64,000 nucleotides of DNA, from positions 3,974 to 67,973 of the forward strand of contig CAJJAV010000008.1 of assembly GCA_905182125.1 (NCBI GenBank). Reading direction: 5' to 3'. The position numbers were made by a program, and so were the translations under genes. The stretch is from an uncultured Candidatus Poseidoniales archaeon. Lineage in GTDB: Archaea > Thermoplasmatota > Poseidoniia > Poseidoniales > Poseidoniaceae. The notes under the pieces are model-generated. The model saw only the letters and a list, made by a program, of their open reading frames with translations, was not told the origin of the DNA and made no database searches. Shown one piece after another: positions 54,564 through 64,000 of this stretch (the stretch's first letter is position 1; each line of letters begins with the position of its first letter).

Positions 54564-57500
54564 TCATGAACTCGTGGTTGAGTTGTAATAGACGACCCAA
54601 ATTTCAGCGTGAATGTTCCGTTGGCCATTCCCGACTCCATCTGATGGCACGTACTCTTGACCGTTGAACAAGCCTTTGTATGACAAATGGTTGTTCCCAC
54701 CAGACATATCGCTCCAAGATGTGATGTCGTAGGTCCACTGCTTGACATCTTGGCCAGCACACCAACCAGCTCGACCAAAGGGCCACGAACCAAATTGATT
54801 GGCGACAACTCCGTTGTTGACCTCGTTTTCACAACCTTCATTCGAATACACCAGCGGATGCCACTCGTATGTGGATTGGCCATTGAGGTAGTAGTAATGC
54901 TGATGATCACAGAACTCTGCGCAATTTTCGGCATCTTTTCCAAACCCGTGACCGGTGATTGTTGCAACAATCTTCACCTCAGAAGCCCATGAAGGGACTG
55001 TAAAATTCAGATGGCGATTGTGCTTTGATTCGTTGTTATAGGTTCCATCGAATTGACCTCCGGTGAATGCAAACGTTGCTTCATCACCGCGCAGTCCACT
55101 GCCCCAATCACTGAACAGGAAAGAGACAGTGAGGTCCCCTTTGTTCGCCCCCTTGTATTGGAAAGTACGGTTTTCATTGTTTTCGAGCATAAACAGGTAG
55201 GGTGACACATCAGTCAACCATTTGCCTTCCCTGCCATATGTTGTGATCCAGCGCATGAATTCAGTACCGCATGAAGAGGCGTTATCTGCTTGACAAATTT
55301 TCAGATTCGCTTCATAATCCCATTCGTGACATCCTCCGTAGGAACCATCTGAATTCTGATACCTGTTCGAACGTTCGAAACAGGCATGCTCGTGATAGAT
55401 TTCCAGTGTGTCATAGTCGGTGAGGTTACTCGGTAGGATGGTGGACTGCGTCGAAGTAAATCCAGAACTCCACCCTCCTGAGTGTCTGGCGAAATCCATC
55501 AGGGTCACTTCTTCTACCGCTGGATCGTGCCTTCGAATCTCGACAGGGAATTCAGCATTCCATTGGTGAGGTTCGTGGACTAAATGCATAGGATCGTTTG
55601 TTTGTGAGGTCCAAGCGTAGAGTGACCCTGTTTCTCGTGCAAGTTGGAACCTGTCGATGCCCATGTACCTTGGATTATTGAAACTTGAAATCATCTGTCC
55701 TAAGCCACCAGAAATACTTCCAGCTTGCTGGTCGATGTAATGTATACGATCTTGCCACATTTCTTCTTCATCCGGGTTCAGTGCATTTTCGATAGCACTT
55801 TTTCGATTGATGACATCTGTGTGGTAGGTGGTGTCGAAGGAACCAAAGAAAAGATGAACATTTTCAGGGAGTCCTCGGATGAAAGGTCCTGGGCTTTGAC
55901 CCCATGTTCCAGCGTTAGAACTTCCAGATGAGTCTGTGTATTTGAATAAGAAATAGTAGATGTCCTTCCCTGTCCACTCCTGTTGGAAGTAGTACGTCCC
56001 ATCCAGGGTTGGCACGGTGAAGTGGGGAACACTTTGCATTGGGCCGCTTAGCGTTGAAGGAGAAGTCCAAGGGACCGGTGCTTGTACCACAGCGCAACCA
56101 AGGTCATCGATTGTCCAGCGTACTGGAGAATCGGGGCACTGGTCAATGTTAGCAGAGACGCCATCTTGATCAAGATCAGCGCAGCCAACATCGTTTACGA
56201 CGAGTCCAGTTGGTGTACCATCGCACACATCAACGGCATCATTGACACCATCAGAATCCGAATCTCTTTGAACAGCTGCGCACCCTTTTTCGTCAATATC
56301 AGTGGCGTTTGCAGGTGTTTGTGGGCATCGATCGAGTTGATCCCCTGTCGCATTGACATCGAGGACGTTATCGTTGTCATCGTCTTCATCTTCTGTGGCA
56401 TCTGCACACCCATCATCATCAAAATCACTTGAAGCATCCCTGAGCCAGGAAGTGAATCCTTTCGGGCACAAATCGTCAGCGTCAAGAGCCAAATCATTGT
56501 CGTCATCCTCGTCTTCGTCTAAATCAAGGCAGCCATCGCCGTCCCAATCACTGTACAGTGTTGAACTCCAGCCAACACGTCCATTGGGGCAATCATCGTC
56601 AACATCAAGGACATTATCATTGTCATCGTCTTCATCTTCATTGGTGTCATGGCATCCATCAGAGTCGTAATCTGCATCGGGAGTACTGATCCAACCAACA
56701 GAATCGGGACAAAGGTCGTGGAGATCAAGAACACCGTCCCCATCATCATCGTCATCTTCATCATTGTCTCTGCAGCCGTCCGAATCTTTGTCACTGTTGA
56801 GGTTTGATTTCCATCCCTCTTGGTCACCAATACCGTTCGGGCATCGGTCGTAGGCATCATCGATGCTGTCACCATCGCTGTCTTGCCCACCGCCTTCAAG
56901 CAGAACATTGGTTAAGAACGTATCACTGAGGGTGGTGTATTTTCCACACGTAGCGGTTGTCGTGATGGTCATGCTTGTTTCGATTTCAGTGAAATCCAAG
57001 AGAATTTTCCAAGTCCCATCTTCCTTGATTGTGATCGCACCGCTGGTTCCATCGTCGATGATGTAGCCTAGAACACACGTGTCAAGGGCTTCGTGAAGAA
57101 CGATGCCTTCATGCCAAAGAAGATTCGGTTGTTCAAGGATTTCTCTTGAACTGGTTTGAACAACTGGCGCCGATTCAACAGGGGGTGTCACTTCAATTCG
57201 GTGTTCAATCCCCTGAATTTCCGGTGCATTGGTAGTTGAATCAAGAGGTTCAATCGCTACACCGACCGTGTAATTTCCGACCATGGAAGGTAGGAACTCG
57301 ATTGAATACCCCTGCGGCGAGACGCTCCAACCATATGCGCTGAGGCTTTCGAAAATCGGCGTTGTGACGGTCGGTATTAGTTTCCATCCTTCACCGGCAT
57401 AGCGGACCTGTAGAACGATTGGCGTACCGTCGAGTTGAATGGTACTGGCAGGGTTGATCCATTCGAAAACTGGTTGTTCAAGAGCGATTGGTACCACCTT

Positions 57501-57593
57501 TTCTTCAGGGGGGTCTGGTTCAACGGCACCGAAACAACCTGCGAATCCGAGCAGTGCGACAAGCAGCATTGCGGTCGGCACCGTGCGATTCAT
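54564..57593 (-). CDS. Secreted lipoprotein-like protein: Ig-like N-terminal region, TSP3 repeat block, and a C-terminal PNGase-F-like domain
   Basis: Seen: the ATG at 57593 gives MNRTVPTAMLLVALLGFAGC (lipobox-like). TSP3 repeats include DSDGDSIDDAYDRCPNG, DKDSDGCRDNDEDDDDDGDGVLDLHDLCPDS. The C-terminal motifs are ITGHGFGKDAENCAEFCDHQHYYYLNG...GRAGWCAGQDV. The PNGase-F-like call is from memory, at medium confidence. Confidence 0.8.
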   Translation of the reverse strand: MNRTVPTAMLLVALLGFAGCFGAVEPDPPEEKVVPIALEQPVFEWINPASTIQLDGTPIVLQVRYAGEGWKLIPTVTTPIFESLSAYGWSVSPQGYSIEFLPSMVGNYTVGVAIEPLDSTTNAPEIQGIEHRIEVTPPVESAPVVQTSSREILEQPNLLWHEGIVLHEALDTCVLGYIIDDGTSGAITIKEDGTWKILLDFTEIETSMTITTTATCGKYTTLSDTFLTNVLLEGGGQDSDGDSIDDAYDRCPNGIGDQEGWKSNLNSDKDSDGCRDNDEDDDDDGDGVLDLHDLCPDSVGWISTPDADYDSDGCHDTNEDEDDDNDNVLDVDDDCPNGRVGWSSTLYSDWDGDGCLDLDEDEDDDNDLALDADDLCPKGFTSWLRDASSDFDDDGCADATEDEDDDNDNVLDVNATGDQLDRCPQTPANATDIDEKGCAAVQRDSDSDGVNDAVDVCDGTPTGLVVNDVGCADLDQDGVSANIDQCPDSPVRWTIDDLGCAVVQAPVPWTSPSTLSGPMQSVPHFTVPTLDGTYYFQQEWTGKDIYYFLFKYTDSSGSSNAGTWGQSPGPFIRGLPENVHLFFGSFDTTYHTDVINRKSAIENALNPDEEEMWQDRIHYIDQQAGSISGGLGQMISSFNNPRYMGIDRFQLARETGSLYAWTSQTNDPMHLVHEPHQWNAEFPVEIRRHDPAVEEVTLMDFARHSGGWSSGFTSTQSTILPSNLTDYDTLEIYHEHACFERSNRYQNSDGSYGGCHEWDYEANLKICQADNASSCGTEFMRWITTYGREGKWLTDVSPYLFMLENNENRTFQYKGANKGDLTVSFLFSDWGSGLRGDEATFAFTGGQFDGTYNNESKHNRHLNFTVPSWASEVKIVATITGHGFGKDAENCAEFCDHQHYYYLNGQSTYEWHPLVYSNEGCENEVNNGVVANQFGSWPFGRAGWCAGQDVKQWTYDITSWSDMSGGNNHLSYKGLFNGQEYVPSDGVGNGQRNIHAEIWVVYYNSTTSS

Positions 57594-57630
57594 GAAACGA
57601 CTTACAATTGGCCGTCTTTGAATGTGTTGT

Positions 57631-58782
57631 TCATGACAACTGGTCGGATTCAGAACGGCCGTCGTTTGTTGGCAGTGATTCAACAGTCACAGGCTGGGTT
57701 GAATGGGCTACTGCGATTGGTTGGACAAACATCAGCGACCCACCGCGTGGTCGTTCAATTCTTATGATCAGTTCCCAATGCACCCGAATCAACGGAGTGG
57801 ACACCGTACCCGGCCATGTATTTGGAGGTGTATCAAGGCGCAAAGGCTCTGGTTTCCAAGCCGTCCTCCCACCAAATTCCATCACCCGCATTGGGCGCAA
57901 AAACAGTCCTCCGCGGACTTCACGACGCTCCATTGGCGCTTCTTCACCGCCCCCGGTTCCATCGTCTAGGCCAACTTCCCAATGATGTGGTAACACTGTT
58001 GTGAGTCCTGGAGGGGGTTGTGCGTCTTTGGATCGCCCTAACGCCCTGAACACCTCCTCTCTAGCGGGTGGGAGAATTCCAACCCGCCACATGACCTCTA
58101 TGTTCTTCCATCCTTCACGCTGTTCGGGAAATTCGACTGTGACCACAAGCGGTTGGCCTGCGGTCGGTGCGGCCCCCCAGGTGATTACGGGATCCATCAC
58201 GGAAGATTGTAGAAATCTGCGTTGTGAAATCATATCGGAGAAGTTGGCCCCAACACGCAGCAAGAGGGGCGCTACCAGCAGCGGCGCAACAATAATGCTA
58301 AGGGCTGGATAATCGAGCAATCCAAATCGAACGGTACCGGTGCCAATGCCGCTAAAACCCATGGAATTCAAGAGTGGTTCAATGAATAAATAACCAAGAG
58401 AAAGGAGCAGTATCATTACTGAAAAAGACATGAATTTACGCACCGCCCTGTGAACCGGGTTCGGGGTAAGGTACCAACCTTGTCGGTGGAGTTTGACAAT
58501 CCTTGGGATTTTTCCAGTTTCCAAGATCGTTGACTCACGGGGGATGTTTGCGTCATCAAAGACTTCCTCTTGGTACACATACCTTTGCTCAATCAACCAA
58601 CTTTTCTCGTTTCCAAGGCGGAAACTTGGGGTTTGTTGAGAAAGGATGGTTTGGAGTTCACCAGCAGTAACATCGCTTTCAATCGTCCAAGAATGCCTCG
58701 CCAATGGGAGGGCGCTGGCATCAAATCGTCCGGGCTCAAATGGGGGGTAGCGAACCCGTTGTTCGAGCTTGAGGACTGGCAT
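57631..58782 (-). CDS. Hypothetical membrane protein (soluble N-terminal domain, central TM helices, C-terminal beta-rich domain)
   Basis: Seen: a long ORF tightly packed between the GGR gene and the TSP3 gene. The central hydrophobic segments are FMSFSVMILLLSLGYLFIEPLL and PALSIIVAPLLVAPLLL. No family recognised. Confidence 0.6.
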   Translation of the reverse strand: MPVLKLEQRVRYPPFEPGRFDASALPLARHSWTIESDVTAGELQTILSQQTPSFRLGNEKSWLIEQRYVYQEEVFDDANIPRESTILETGKIPRIVKLHRQGWYLTPNPVHRAVRKFMSFSVMILLLSLGYLFIEPLLNSMGFSGIGTGTVRFGLLDYPALSIIVAPLLVAPLLLRVGANFSDMISQRRFLQSSVMDPVITWGAAPTAGQPLVVTVEFPEQREGWKNIEVMWRVGILPPAREEVFRALGRSKDAQPPPGLTTVLPHHWEVGLDDGTGGGEEAPMERREVRGGLFLRPMRVMEFGGRTAWKPEPLRLDTPPNTWPGTVSTPLIRVHWELIIRIERPRGGSLMFVQPIAVAHSTQPVTVESLPTNDGRSESDQLS

Positions 58783-58796
58783 TGGAACACAACCAC

Positions 58797-60080
58797 CTAT
58801 CGGAACATCAACCGGGTTCCAGCCCTGAGTGCGAGCCTTCTGAATGCTGGTACCTTCTTGATCAAAGCGAGACCTAAAGGTACGGGTTTTTCGATGTCCC
58901 CAATCTCATTAATCAATTCCAAAACCTCTTCCTTTGCAAAGTTGGTAAAGTGTTTATTCAACTCTTCATCCGTGGTGTCTGAGACCAAAAGGTTGCGGAG
59001 TGCACGAGCTTTATCTTGGTCCTTCTTCATGGTAGTGAAGTGTTTAATGCTCAATTTATGAAGTTGTTTTTCGTTCAGTCGGTCCGCAGTAATTGCTTCG
59101 GAAAGGGGTTTGAGAATGCCCTTAATTTGACGGAACCCAGGACCAATTCCTCCACCTGTTGTCGGTTTTGCCATCCCTGCGGCATCTCCGAGGAGCATGA
59201 CCCGATTTGAGACTGTTTTCTTGACCATGCCGCTGGGGATCGGGCCGCAATAGCGTGCTGTTTCGGTGATGTTTTCGAATCTGTGTTTCCAAAGAGGATG
59301 GTTGAGTAAATCTTCGTAACAGTCCTCGACGCTCTTTCCGTCGAGCCGGTCTGGTGTGGACCAAACGCCAATACGATGACTGCCGAAACCAGACGGGATA
59401 ACCCAAGAGAAGAAGCCCGGGGCTATTTCAGAACCGCTGTACATTTCCAGCCATCGCTCTTTCCCTTCATACCCGAGAACTTCAGTTTGGAAACCAATCA
59501 TCATTTCCTTTGGACGTCCCATTTTGAAATTACGCCGGGTCCAACTGTGTGCACCATCGCAGCCCAAGAGTAATTTTGTCTTGATCTCCTTTGTTGCCCC
59601 ATCAATTTGAATTTTCAAAAACACACCATCGTCGTTGGCCGTTGCTTCGAGGGGGGTTGAATTGAGAGAAAGGGTTGCACCAGCTTGCATAGCCTGCTGG
59701 ACAACGCCTTGATCAAATTGCTTTCGACAGACCACGTAGGTTCGTAATTTACCTGAGGTTCCTACGGGTACCAAGGTGCCATCGGGGCCGTGGATTCGAG
59801 CACCGTCGATTTCTTGTAGAACGGAATCATACAATTCCACCTCATGCATTGCTTTGGGTGTCACGAGTCCTGCACATTGGAAGGGCCTGCCAATTTCCTG
59901 ATGCTCTTCGAGCATGAGAACGGAGTGCCCAAGCGATGCCAAGTGGGTCGCAGCACGGCCGCCAGTGGGACCGGCGCCAACGATAACTACGTCCCAATCG
60001 TTACCGACCATGCTTGCTTCACAAGCGTGCCACCCATCAATCTTCGCTTGAAGTGGTGTCGTTATTGCCGACTCTTGCAT
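58797..60080 (-). CDS. Geranylgeranyl reductase-family FAD oxidoreductase
   Basis: Seen: DVVIVGAGPTGGRAA..LMLEE (FAD), RPFQCAGLV, GCDGAHS, LLGDAAGMAKPTTGGGI. Confidence 0.85.
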   Translation of the reverse strand: MQESAITTPLQAKIDGWHACEASMVGNDWDVVIVGAGPTGGRAATHLASLGHSVLMLEEHQEIGRPFQCAGLVTPKAMHEVELYDSVLQEIDGARIHGPDGTLVPVGTSGKLRTYVVCRKQFDQGVVQQAMQAGATLSLNSTPLEATANDDGVFLKIQIDGATKEIKTKLLLGCDGAHSWTRRNFKMGRPKEMMIGFQTEVLGYEGKERWLEMYSGSEIAPGFFSWVIPSGFGSHRIGVWSTPDRLDGKSVEDCYEDLLNHPLWKHRFENITETARYCGPIPSGMVKKTVSNRVMLLGDAAGMAKPTTGGGIGPGFRQIKGILKPLSEAITADRLNEKQLHKLSIKHFTTMKKDQDKARALRNLLVSDTTDEELNKHFTNFAKEEVLELINEIGDIEKPVPLGLALIKKVPAFRRLALRAGTRLMFR

Positions 60081-60082
60081 CT

Positions 60083-62830
60083 TCAGCGCTTGGCGAACTT
60101 GTAGCCAATGCTCTCGTTTTTCTTGAGATAAATTTTGGAAGCAAATTCTCGGTTAGTTTTCTTCGAGATGAAATTATCAAATGGACCAATTTCTTTCTTT
60201 TCGATGAGAACCTTGGCTTCATCACGGGTTATTTCCCGCTTTGAAATCTCTCGTGCCACCTGCAGTGAACAACCCGTAGATCCTTCTTCAGGTTGATAGT
60301 GTGTCTCAGTTTCCACGATGTTGACCTTGTGGGTCGGGCAAACCGCAACAACACCTGGTGCGACCGGAAATCGCGTTGCATCTGCTGCAGCTTCTCTTGG
60401 TGGGAAGTCAAATTTGACTCGGGTGTTTTCAATCACTAAGAAGGCCTTGAATGGTCGACCTCGCTTTGATGTGAAATCCTCTAGCAGATCAGATTTGCCA
60501 TTGGTCATGATGACCTTTGCTTCTTCTGGGGAGATGGAACGCTTGCACATTTCCTTTGACAATCCTCTGAACTTGCATTCGGCGTGATCACACGCATACA
60601 TCGTTTGACCAATTCGTATGGTTCCGTGGTCACATGCTGGGCACGGGCAAAGTTCCTCATCGTTTTCGTCGGTGGATGATTCTCCACCGCCGATGAATTC
60701 AACGCGACCTTCCTCTGTGAGTTTGACAGTTGCCACATAGTGTTCTCCTGAGCGGCTAAAGAATCCGTGGAGGTCATCGAGTTGGCCGGTTTGCATGAGT
60801 CGTGCAGCCGTGATTCGATCGAACCAACGTCCACTTGTGTCCTTCCAAAAGACAAACGAACAGCCTTTATCTCGACCTTCATTCTTTTCACACTGATAGG
60901 AAAGAGTGGTTTCTTGAACTGCTGAACTGCATGCTGGACAATCGCCGAGGGACGGTTCTTTGAGGTACAATTCTGCTCGGTCGTGATTCTTGATTCGTTC
61001 AACCATCGAGGTGGTTTGTGCCACAATTGTATCCATGTATGTGGATTTGGGGTCATCACCGCGTTGCACACGGAGAAGTGAAGCCTCCATTTCTCCAGTT
61101 AATTCTGCGGACGTGATCCATTCAACCGGGATTCTTCGGAGCACATCAATGATGCGAATTCCGTGGGCTGCTGCACTGATGCTCCCACCCTTAGCACGCA
61201 AAATATAGCCTCTGTCAACGAGTTTTTCGATGGTATCCGCTCGAGTTGCTGGCGTCCCCAATCCCTTTTCCTTAATTGCAGCAGCAAGATCTTCGTCTTC
61301 GATGTGTTTTCCGGCATGTTCCATAAGGCGAAGCAATCCAGCTTCCTTGAGTCTGCCTTTTGGTTTGGACCGTTCTTCTTTGAATTCAAATTCGCTTACG
61401 TCGGCTTTGCACGGGTTAGCGGGGAGTGAATTCCATCCATCTGGGAGGTCTTGCTTCTTTGGCCTGACAGCTCGCCAGCCTTCGGATTTGATGGTGCGTA
61501 CTTCCTTGAGGAAGCGTTCACTTTCGATGGTGCTGATTCGCTTTTGGACATCCCACACGGCATGTGGGTACCACGATGCAAGGAATGTTCTGGCGATCAA
61601 GTCGTAGAGTTTCTTATGATCGGCACTTGGGAATCCGTCGGGAATTTTCCCAGTGGGAATAATGGCAAAGTGATCGCTCACTTTGGCATCATCAAAATTT
61701 CGGCCCGTATTTTTTAATCCATCAGCGACGAGGTTGGCGCTGTGAGTCGAATACTCATCCTGGGCTCCGAGTTGACGAATAATTTTTGAAATCTCTTCCT
61801 TCATGTCATTTGGTAAATGCCGGGAATCAGTCCGTGGGTATGTGGTCAACTTGGAATCTGCATACAAATTCTGAGCGATGCCCAAAGTTCGCTTTGCAGA
61901 CCATGACCATAGATTGTTGGCTTCCCTCTGTAAGCTTGTGAGGTCGAAGTTGAGCGGTGGTTTCTCATTTGCATCCCGCCGTGTCTCAGTGACTTCTGCC
62001 TGGGCACCTGATTCCATGATTGCTTTCAATCGATCATGTTCGGCTTGCTCAACAATTCGATGTGGTTTGTAATCCGGTTCATCGGGATTATCGACGTGAT
62101 TGTTTCTTTCCCATCGAGCGTTCCATGAGGCTTCACCGGCTTTGAAATCGGCATTGAGTTGCCAATAGGGTAATGGCTTGTGACCAAGAACTTCCAATTC
62201 GTGGTCCACGACCATAGCGAGGGTTGCAGTTTGAACCCGCCCAAGGGAAATTGCTGCACGTTCATTCCGCTTTCGTGGGAGGAATGAGTTTGCGATTCGA
62301 GAACCGTTCATTCCGATGATCCAGTCTGCTTCAGACCGGGCGTAGGCTGCATCTCTCAATGCATTGTATTCGACGCCGTTTTTCCTGCCTTCATATGCAG
62401 TGTTGATCGCATCTGTTGTCATCGATTGCAACCACATGCGGGATGTCATGACTTTGGATTTCGTATGTTGAACGATGGTCCGGAAAATCAACTCCCCTTC
62501 ACGAGCAGCGTCACAGGCGTTGACAATTTCCGTTACGGACTTGTCCTTGATGAGTTTTGAGACTGCCGTCAGTTGTTTTTTGCCTCGACCACTGATGGGT
62601 TTGTATTCGAATGCTTCGGGGACAAACGGGAGCCTATCAACTGTTTTTCTCCAGTCTTTGAACGCTTCATCATAGTCATCCATGTACTTCAATTGCAATA
62701 AATGACCGACTGCCCAAGTGACGACCATACCGTTCCCTTCCCAATGCGTTTCGTGCTTTCCTTTCACTCCAAGCACATTGGCGATGTCGTTGGCAACGCT
62801 TGGTTTCTCGGCCAGAATTACAATCGTCAT
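60083..62830 (-). CDS. Type IA DNA topoisomerase (Topo III-like) with zinc ribbons and three C-terminal repeat modules
   Basis: Seen: Toprim MTIVILAEKPSVA, active-site TTYPRTDSRHL, Zn ribbons CPACS...C..C and CPCPAC...C..C. The triple repeat is FFSRSGEHYVATVKL / FTSKRGRPFKAFLVI / FISKKTNREFASKIYL. Confidence 0.9.
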   Translation of the reverse strand: MTIVILAEKPSVANDIANVLGVKGKHETHWEGNGMVVTWAVGHLLQLKYMDDYDEAFKDWRKTVDRLPFVPEAFEYKPISGRGKKQLTAVSKLIKDKSVTEIVNACDAAREGELIFRTIVQHTKSKVMTSRMWLQSMTTDAINTAYEGRKNGVEYNALRDAAYARSEADWIIGMNGSRIANSFLPRKRNERAAISLGRVQTATLAMVVDHELEVLGHKPLPYWQLNADFKAGEASWNARWERNNHVDNPDEPDYKPHRIVEQAEHDRLKAIMESGAQAEVTETRRDANEKPPLNFDLTSLQREANNLWSWSAKRTLGIAQNLYADSKLTTYPRTDSRHLPNDMKEEISKIIRQLGAQDEYSTHSANLVADGLKNTGRNFDDAKVSDHFAIIPTGKIPDGFPSADHKKLYDLIARTFLASWYPHAVWDVQKRISTIESERFLKEVRTIKSEGWRAVRPKKQDLPDGWNSLPANPCKADVSEFEFKEERSKPKGRLKEAGLLRLMEHAGKHIEDEDLAAAIKEKGLGTPATRADTIEKLVDRGYILRAKGGSISAAAHGIRIIDVLRRIPVEWITSAELTGEMEASLLRVQRGDDPKSTYMDTIVAQTTSMVERIKNHDRAELYLKEPSLGDCPACSSAVQETTLSYQCEKNEGRDKGCSFVFWKDTSGRWFDRITAARLMQTGQLDDLHGFFSRSGEHYVATVKLTEEGRVEFIGGGESSTDENDEELCPCPACDHGTIRIGQTMYACDHAECKFRGLSKEMCKRSISPEEAKVIMTNGKSDLLEDFTSKRGRPFKAFLVIENTRVKFDFPPREAAADATRFPVAPGVVAVCPTHKVNIVETETHYQPEEGSTGCSLQVAREISKREITRDEAKVLIEKKEIGPFDNFISKKTNREFASKIYLKKNESIGYKFAKR

Positions 62831-62942
62831 CGATTAAGAGCGCATCGCCGAGGCTACTTGAACTCTCTCCAAGCCCACTCGTGCGGACAGATACTCTTGT
62901 ATCTGTACTGATTTTTCCGAATCAAGAATGGAGGCCGTCGAC

Positions 62943-63428
62943 TCATTTGGTGGCCCAGATATTTCGTGATTTTTGTTCATTCCATGGTCGCTCACTGTTC
63001 GGGCCGCCACATCCAATGCATCCTGGATAACCAGCGGCCAACAGTTCAATGCATGCTTCAAGGACCACTGACCATGATTCTGTCACATCCATTGGGATCC
63101 AACATGTATTCGGTTCAGGTTCGTGCTGTCCCAAGCGAACCACATGACCACGTAGATCATCTTCAGGTGCAAGAAGCGATACATCGATCGAACGCTGTTC
63201 GTGAGGTTTTACCATTGGGAACGTCAGTCGGGAAGGTTGTGCATCACCCATCCTGAGGATCAGTGCATCCAGTTGTGGTATGCATTCCAATGGAGCACAG
63301 ATGGTCAATGCCTCCAAACGGAGAATTCTCCGAGCGGCTTCCCTCACCGCCGGCCACATTGGGTCATCAATCCGCACATTTGACCCCAGCAAGCCGAAGT
63401 CTTGAAGCATGCCGGTCCGAGGCATCAA
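62943..63428 (-). CDS. Hypothetical protein (start uncertain)
   Basis: Seen: it is the longest frame in a 600-nt interval, but the annotated start lies 3 nt from the divergent pyrD ATG, so the true start may be 63410 or 63359, or the ORF may be spurious. Confidence 0.4.
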   Translation of the reverse strand: MMPRTGMLQDFGLLGSNVRIDDPMWPAVREAARRILRLEALTICAPLECIPQLDALILRMGDAQPSRLTFPMVKPHEQRSIDVSLLAPEDDLRGHVVRLGQHEPEPNTCWIPMDVTESWSVVLEACIELLAAGYPGCIGCGGPNSERPWNEQKSRNIWATK

Positions 63429-63431
63429 CCA

Positions 63432-64000
63432 TGGGCTTGGTCTTCAGGTTGGTGAGTCGTCCTCTCCTCGCCCTTCAAGATTCTGAGAAAGCCCATGCTC
63501 GGGCGATCCTTGGTCTCAAATTAATGAGCTCCAACCCCCTAACACGAGCCCCATTGCGCCTCCTTTACACCCCCAAAACCTTGCCTGTACAAAGGTTTGG
63601 AATGACGTACAGGAATCCCTTTGGTCTCGCAGCAGGCATGGATAAACGAGCTGAAGCGTTACGTGGTTGGGAAACACTAGGACTTGGATTCATCGAAATA
63701 GGTGGCGTTACTGCTGAAGAACAAACGGGCAATCCAAAGCCACGGATGTTCCGTTCTGGAACTTCAAAAGCCCTTGTCAACCGAATGGGTTTCAACAATC
63801 CCGGTTCGGTTAAAATTGCTAAGCAGCTGGAATCTCACTTCAGTCGCATCGGATCACCAAACGTTCCCCTCTGGGCCAATCTTGGCAAATCGAAGGTCAC
63901 ACCACTTTCAGAAGCACCCGCTGATTATGCTGCAACGATGGAACGTTTGTGGGCTTTTTGTGATGTGTTTGTCATCAATGTCTCCTCACCAAACACCCCG
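63432..64000 (+). CDS. pyrD: Dihydroorotate dehydrogenase, class 2 type; 3' end beyond the window
   Basis: Seen: absent from the track because there is no stop in the window. My own translation is MGLVFRLVSRPLLALQDSEKAHARAILG...NPFGLAAGMDK...GFIEIGGVT...NRMGFNNPG...VINVSSPNTP. Confidence 0.85.

Noticed and set aside
55990-56900. Periodic nucleotide repeats that could be mistaken for a CRISPR array or tandem repeat (also 5990-6400 and 47400-50200)
   Set aside because: The periodicity is in frame and encodes TSP3 Ca-binding loops. The spacers are not unique-sequence units, and there are no cas genes.

Overview
The window looks like a very compact chromosomal segment of an uncultured marine archaeon; about 95% is coding by my own gene calls. 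It is probably Thermoplasmatota, Marine Group II/III-like. I infer this from archaeal informational genes (the Rpo7-Spt4-eS24-eS27ae operon, RtcB, archaeal DtdA, archaeal-type AlaRS, a COG1326 Zn-finger protein) together with many thrombospondin-type-3 (TSP3) repeat exoproteins, subtilases and peptidases. I call about 50 protein genes and 2 tRNAs (Ser-GGA, Thr-GGU). I see no rRNA, CRISPR array, transposase or integrase. Two real genes are missing from the ORF track because they run off the window edges: an FG-GAP/CARDB exoprotein at 1..2601(-) and pyrD at 63432..64000(+). Two more are under the 60-aa cut-off: eS27ae and a 59-aa Cys/His-rich ORF. The most interesting signal is a possible DNA-damage-tolerance module. 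It has three parts. (i) A family-B polymerase with all three exonuclease motifs degenerate, translationally coupled to a small unknown ORF. (ii) About 2.3 kb further on, a RadB/RecA-fold paralog whose Walker A lysine is replaced, transcribed divergently from a Y-family DinB/Dpo4 polymerase. (iii) An exact 11-mer, TTCACTTTCAC, found in the same orientation and at nearly the same distance upstream of both units. Secondary observations are listed under findings: an alkaline-ceramidase homolog beside a CDP-alcohol phosphatidyltransferase, a membrane Zn-ribbon/cysteine desulfurase/subtilase operon, a SCO1 + YHYH/TSP3 pair, a TSP3 + PNGase-F-like exoprotein, and an anomalously long convergent spacer. 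All family assignments come from motif recognition by eye; no database search was run.
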